The notes beneath the pieces are model-generated. The model saw only the letters and a list, made by a program, of their open reading frames with translations, did not search any database and was not told the origin of the DNA. Shown piece by piece: positions 61,027-64,000 of a stretch of 64,000 bases of DNA. Every line of letters starts with the position of its first letter. Position 1 is the first letter of the stretch. Source of the DNA: Porphyridium purpureum (taxonomy: Eukaryota); the NCBI GenBank assembly GCA_008690995.1, contig VRMN01000002.1, positions 496,001 through 560,000 of the forward strand, written 5' to 3'. Both the position numbers and the translations under genes were made by a program.

Positions 61027-63096
61027 ATGCGGGTGCCTCTGCGCGCGTCGCCCGCGCGCTGGTTTCGGAATCTGAGAGTTCAGGAATTGAGGGGAACAGG
61101 CTTCAAGAGGCACATGCGAACGTCAAAACTAAGCGCTACCGACCCAGTCGAAACGCACCTAGAACATCACGCGGTGGACATGGAACGCGCTACTTCTCAA
61201 GATTATGATTCCAACTTTTCAGCCATTCTGAGCCGGCTGCTGGAGCGTGTAGAGGACTTGTTTGCTTCAGATCAGCCCGTCCGAGAGGCAGCACAACGTG
61301 CGCGCCCGGATCGGACGTCGGCAACTGTGCGTTCAGCCGGTGTTCCAGAGAAGGCTGGAAGAGGAAGTGACGACAACGAGGCCGCAGAGCATCAAGAGAG
61401 CCGCTCGCGCCCTCTTTCCAAAGAAACTGCAAAGAGAGCTGCAATGCTGTTGGATGGCTCGGCGTCTAGCAGAAAACTTTTGGATCTCCTTCTCGAGAAT
61501 ATTGTTGTAGAGCAACCTGAACACAAGCGTTCCGACCAGGTTGATCATGCTCTGTCCTTGGAAAATTTCAGTGTTTACTTTGATCAGGAAATGCTGGGCT
61601 CAATTGTCCGCAACGAAGCCGATGAACATAGTAGGTTGTCCGATTTTCGTTCACTTGCCGAAAATCTGGAGAGCAGAGGAATTCGAACGTTGTGGATCGC
61701 AGACTCCGTGAGCAAGTCACATTCTGATGTGTTGTGGCGTGAGCAGAGGCGAAAATTTCTTTTCCACGTCGCTGTGAAGAACAGAATTGACATTCTCTTT
61801 GTGGGTGATCTTGAGGTTGCATGTGACCTTGGGACAGTGATGGAATCAGGGTGTGAAGACTTTTTGGAGTACACCAGAGTCCCGGCTGCACCTGTAGAAG
61901 ATGCGTCGCGATGGTTACCTACAATCTCTCCGGGTAGAATGGCTGTTGTACGTCCACTTCTAGCTTTTTCACGGCAAGGTATTCAGGCATATATCCCGGA
62001 CTTTGATGACCAGAGCGCATCATGTCTGGGTCTTACACGCATGCTGCATCGACTCAACGCGTCGGTTGAAATTTTGGAGGACGTACTTCTTCAAAAGGCA
62101 ATCGTCTTCTGTTCGCCGAAGTGTGTTCTCGTATCTTGCTCCGTATTATTCGGTCACCCCGTGACCGGGAGGGAGAACAATGCTTGGGCTGAACACTATG
62201 TGCCTCCCGTTGTCCGCTTGCGTGCGTTTCGCCGTATCCTTCGCTTCATTGATCACACTTACGATTTTGAGAACGAGTTTGACATTGCAGGGCAGCTGAG
62301 AGCCGTCTTCCGCGGTGTCGCCGTGGGAAATAGCTTTCCTGAGCTTTGCATGGGCCGAGCAAAAGTGCAGCGAGGGCGGTTAGAAGCTTTAGAGCTTGTT
62401 GCCCCTAGACGTGCGCCGTCAGTTGACTTACTTCGCCAGCTGAACGAGCTGACATACGTTTCGGGCAAATCAGTAGATCCCGCTCACTGGGTCCCAAAGG
62501 GGCTCTTAATTGATAAGGATGACCTTTTGGAAATATCAGCTGCGCCACGTAGAGCAGATCCGCCGTTGAGCGTATCTCTTGCATTGAACGAAGCTCGCTG
62601 CTTTGATGGGCGCTTCGTGGTGAGAGTTTCTTGGGCGTCTCGGAGGGTCATGCCGAGAAAACAAGCAGAAGAATGTGCAACGGCTGCATTTATGGGTCTC
62701 CAGGAGCAAGCGCCCTTAAATGAGGAGTTCTCAGAAGATCTTCGTAGCCTTAGAGTATTGGTGCGATACCTGCATGAATCTGAATTGGAGGCTCTCGTCA
62801 CGAAGCACCGTTTCCTACAGTTTGAAGGCGAGAACTTGCTCGCACTGCGCTCAGGCGGGCTCGTTGCTTTCGAGCTCGAGGCTCAAGGCGGGCAAGAAGG
62901 CGATGGCCCTTTCGAAAGCTCAAATAATCAGCTTATTGCTATTCCTGCGTTGAAGTGGTCTGTTAGCGAGATCGCGAGGCGTGAAACGAGGTATGTTGTT
63001 TTCCCCCGTCCTGAGGGTGGCTTGTCGTTCTCAGTCCGGTATTCGCCTATTTATTGCGAGCTCGAGTACATCTCCGCGAATACGCTTCCTATATAA
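61027..63096 (+). CDS. Degenerate TilS-like (tRNA-Ile lysidine synthetase fold) protein, probably organellar
   Basis: R..RR.FL...A....I..LFVG, VVRPLLAFSRQ.I.AY and FDGRF.V in TilS order. The PP-loop position reads LDGSASS instead of SGGxDS. Confidence 0.55.
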   Translation: MRVPLRASPARWFRNLRVQELRGTGFKRHMRTSKLSATDPVETHLEHHAVDMERATSQDYDSNFSAILSRLLERVEDLFASDQPVREAAQRARPDRTSATVRSAGVPEKAGRGSDDNEAAEHQESRSRPLSKETAKRAAMLLDGSASSRKLLDLLLENIVVEQPEHKRSDQVDHALSLENFSVYFDQEMLGSIVRNEADEHSRLSDFRSLAENLESRGIRTLWIADSVSKSHSDVLWREQRRKFLFHVAVKNRIDILFVGDLEVACDLGTVMESGCEDFLEYTRVPAAPVEDASRWLPTISPGRMAVVRPLLAFSRQGIQAYIPDFDDQSASCLGLTRMLHRLNASVEILEDVLLQKAIVFCSPKCVLVSCSVLFGHPVTGRENNAWAEHYVPPVVRLRAFRRILRFIDHTYDFENEFDIAGQLRAVFRGVAVGNSFPELCMGRAKVQRGRLEALELVAPRRAPSVDLLRQLNELTYVSGKSVDPAHWVPKGLLIDKDDLLEISAAPRRADPPLSVSLALNEARCFDGRFVVRVSWASRRVMPRKQAEECATAAFMGLQEQAPLNEEFSEDLRSLRVLVRYLHESELEALVTKHRFLQFEGENLLALRSGGLVAFELEAQGGQEGDGPFESSNNQLIAIPALKWSVSEIARRETRYVVFPRPEGGLSFSVRYSPIYCELEYISANTLPI

Positions 63097-63172
63097 GAAC
63101 AATGGGATTCGCACGCGAATTCTTCGAAAGACATATAAAAAGCATCTCGAGGGAACGCACTTTGTTTTCTCT

Positions 63173-64000
63173 TCAGCTCGCTTCCATTTGCAATGAGCTG
63201 ACCGCTGCCGATGTCGCTAAACGTCCGCGTACGACTTGAGCGCACAATGCTTCTCGAATGAACTCGCGGTATGCCATGGAAGCCTCCAGCGCGGCTTGAT
63301 TTGCCCCCGTAAATTCTGCTTGGGTGCGTACTCTCCCGTCAACATGAAGCGCAGTAAACCCCGTCTCCTCCGCATAATCGCCGTGCACCGCGGTCAACAC
63401 AAATGCTGCCACACCCTCCTCTACCGCATCCGGATCCATCAAAACCAGGGAAGAGCTTTCTCCCGGCAACACGACGACAGCCACGACACCCGCACTCCAA
63501 GGCGATCGCATCGCGATGCGCGCATGCATCAAGGCACAGGCAACCGCGTTGATGGCTGCGCAAACCACGCTGCCGTTCTGATTCAGCACGTGCACGGAGA
63601 TGCTTACGAGCGCACGCGGCATTAAGTGCGTCATGATCAATCCGAGGCAACTCTCCTTAATGATCTTCTCGAGGACCGCCGCGCGAGACGACGCGTCGCT
63701 ACTGCCCTGCTTTTGCGTTTCGGCAATACGCACGTGGACTTGTACTGCAGCTTGCAGAGGAACTTGCAGCCGAGTTGTACAATAAACTGGACCGAACACA
63801 GAGGCCACCACTTGCGTGCCTGTGTTGCCTCCAAGGGTCACTTTCGCAGAGCCGTCCGCCTTGGACACAGAACCAAACTCGATACGCACATCACGTGTTG
63901 CACGCTCGTCTCGACCCCTGCTGCGCTCTCGAGCAAAGGTTCTCCGCGACGGTCTGGGACCGGACGATTCCGGGAGGGACGCTCCGAGTCCAAACTCGAG
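63173..64000 (-). CDS. RRP46: Exosome RNase PH-like subunit, Rrp46 type (5' end outside the window)
   Basis: R.GR, ADGSA, TQVVASVFGP, PR..VSISVHVL...GS....AINA...AL..A. The frame stays open to the window edge. Confidence 0.85.
   Translation of the reverse strand, partial: LEFGLGASLPESSGPRPSRRTFARERSRGRDERATRDVRIEFGSVSKADGSAKVTLGGNTGTQVVASVFGPVYCTTRLQVPLQAAVQVHVRIAETQKQGSSDASSRAAVLEKIIKESCLGLIMTHLMPRALVSISVHVLNQNGSVVCAAINAVACALMHARIAMRSPWSAGVVAVVVLPGESSSLVLMDPDAVEEGVAAFVLTAVHGDYAEETGFTALHVDGRVRTQAEFTGANQAALEASMAYREFIREALCAQVVRGRLATSAAVSSLQMEAS

Overview
This is a gene-dense, intron-poor eukaryotic nuclear segment. Its N-terminal MAF(V)-type plastid transit peptides and cyanobacterial-type genes suggest a unicellular red alga (Porphyridium-like); this assignment is inference. 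About 30 genes can be supported: GNAT, Erv2-type sulfhydryl oxidase, three tandem copines, asparagine synthetase, Wss1-type WLM/UBL/UBA/PUB protease, RluB/RsuA-type pseudouridine synthase, YAF9, NDUFAF7/MidA-like, CSN5, UTP25, MOV10/SDE3-like helicase, EttA, P/U-type cyclin, HDAC, formiminotransferase, DNL zinc finger, PP2C, eEF2, PRP5/DDX46, BRE1-like, TilS-like and RRP46. The most notable observations are: (1) a MOV10/SDE3/Armitage-type helicase fused to an apparently inactive EXD1/Egalitarian-like exonuclease domain; (2) a copine triplet in which copy 3 is a patchwork of copies 1 and 2 and only copy 1 keeps the N-acylation signal; (3) two spliced genes invisible to the ORF track, one with four exons and BLOC1S3-like; (4) a BRE1 RING missing one zinc site and a TilS-like pseudo-enzyme; (5) a decayed GSTCD-type methyltransferase between copine copies. 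No rRNA, tRNA, CRISPR array or intact transposon could be supported. All family assignments come from motif recognition by eye, not from database searches.
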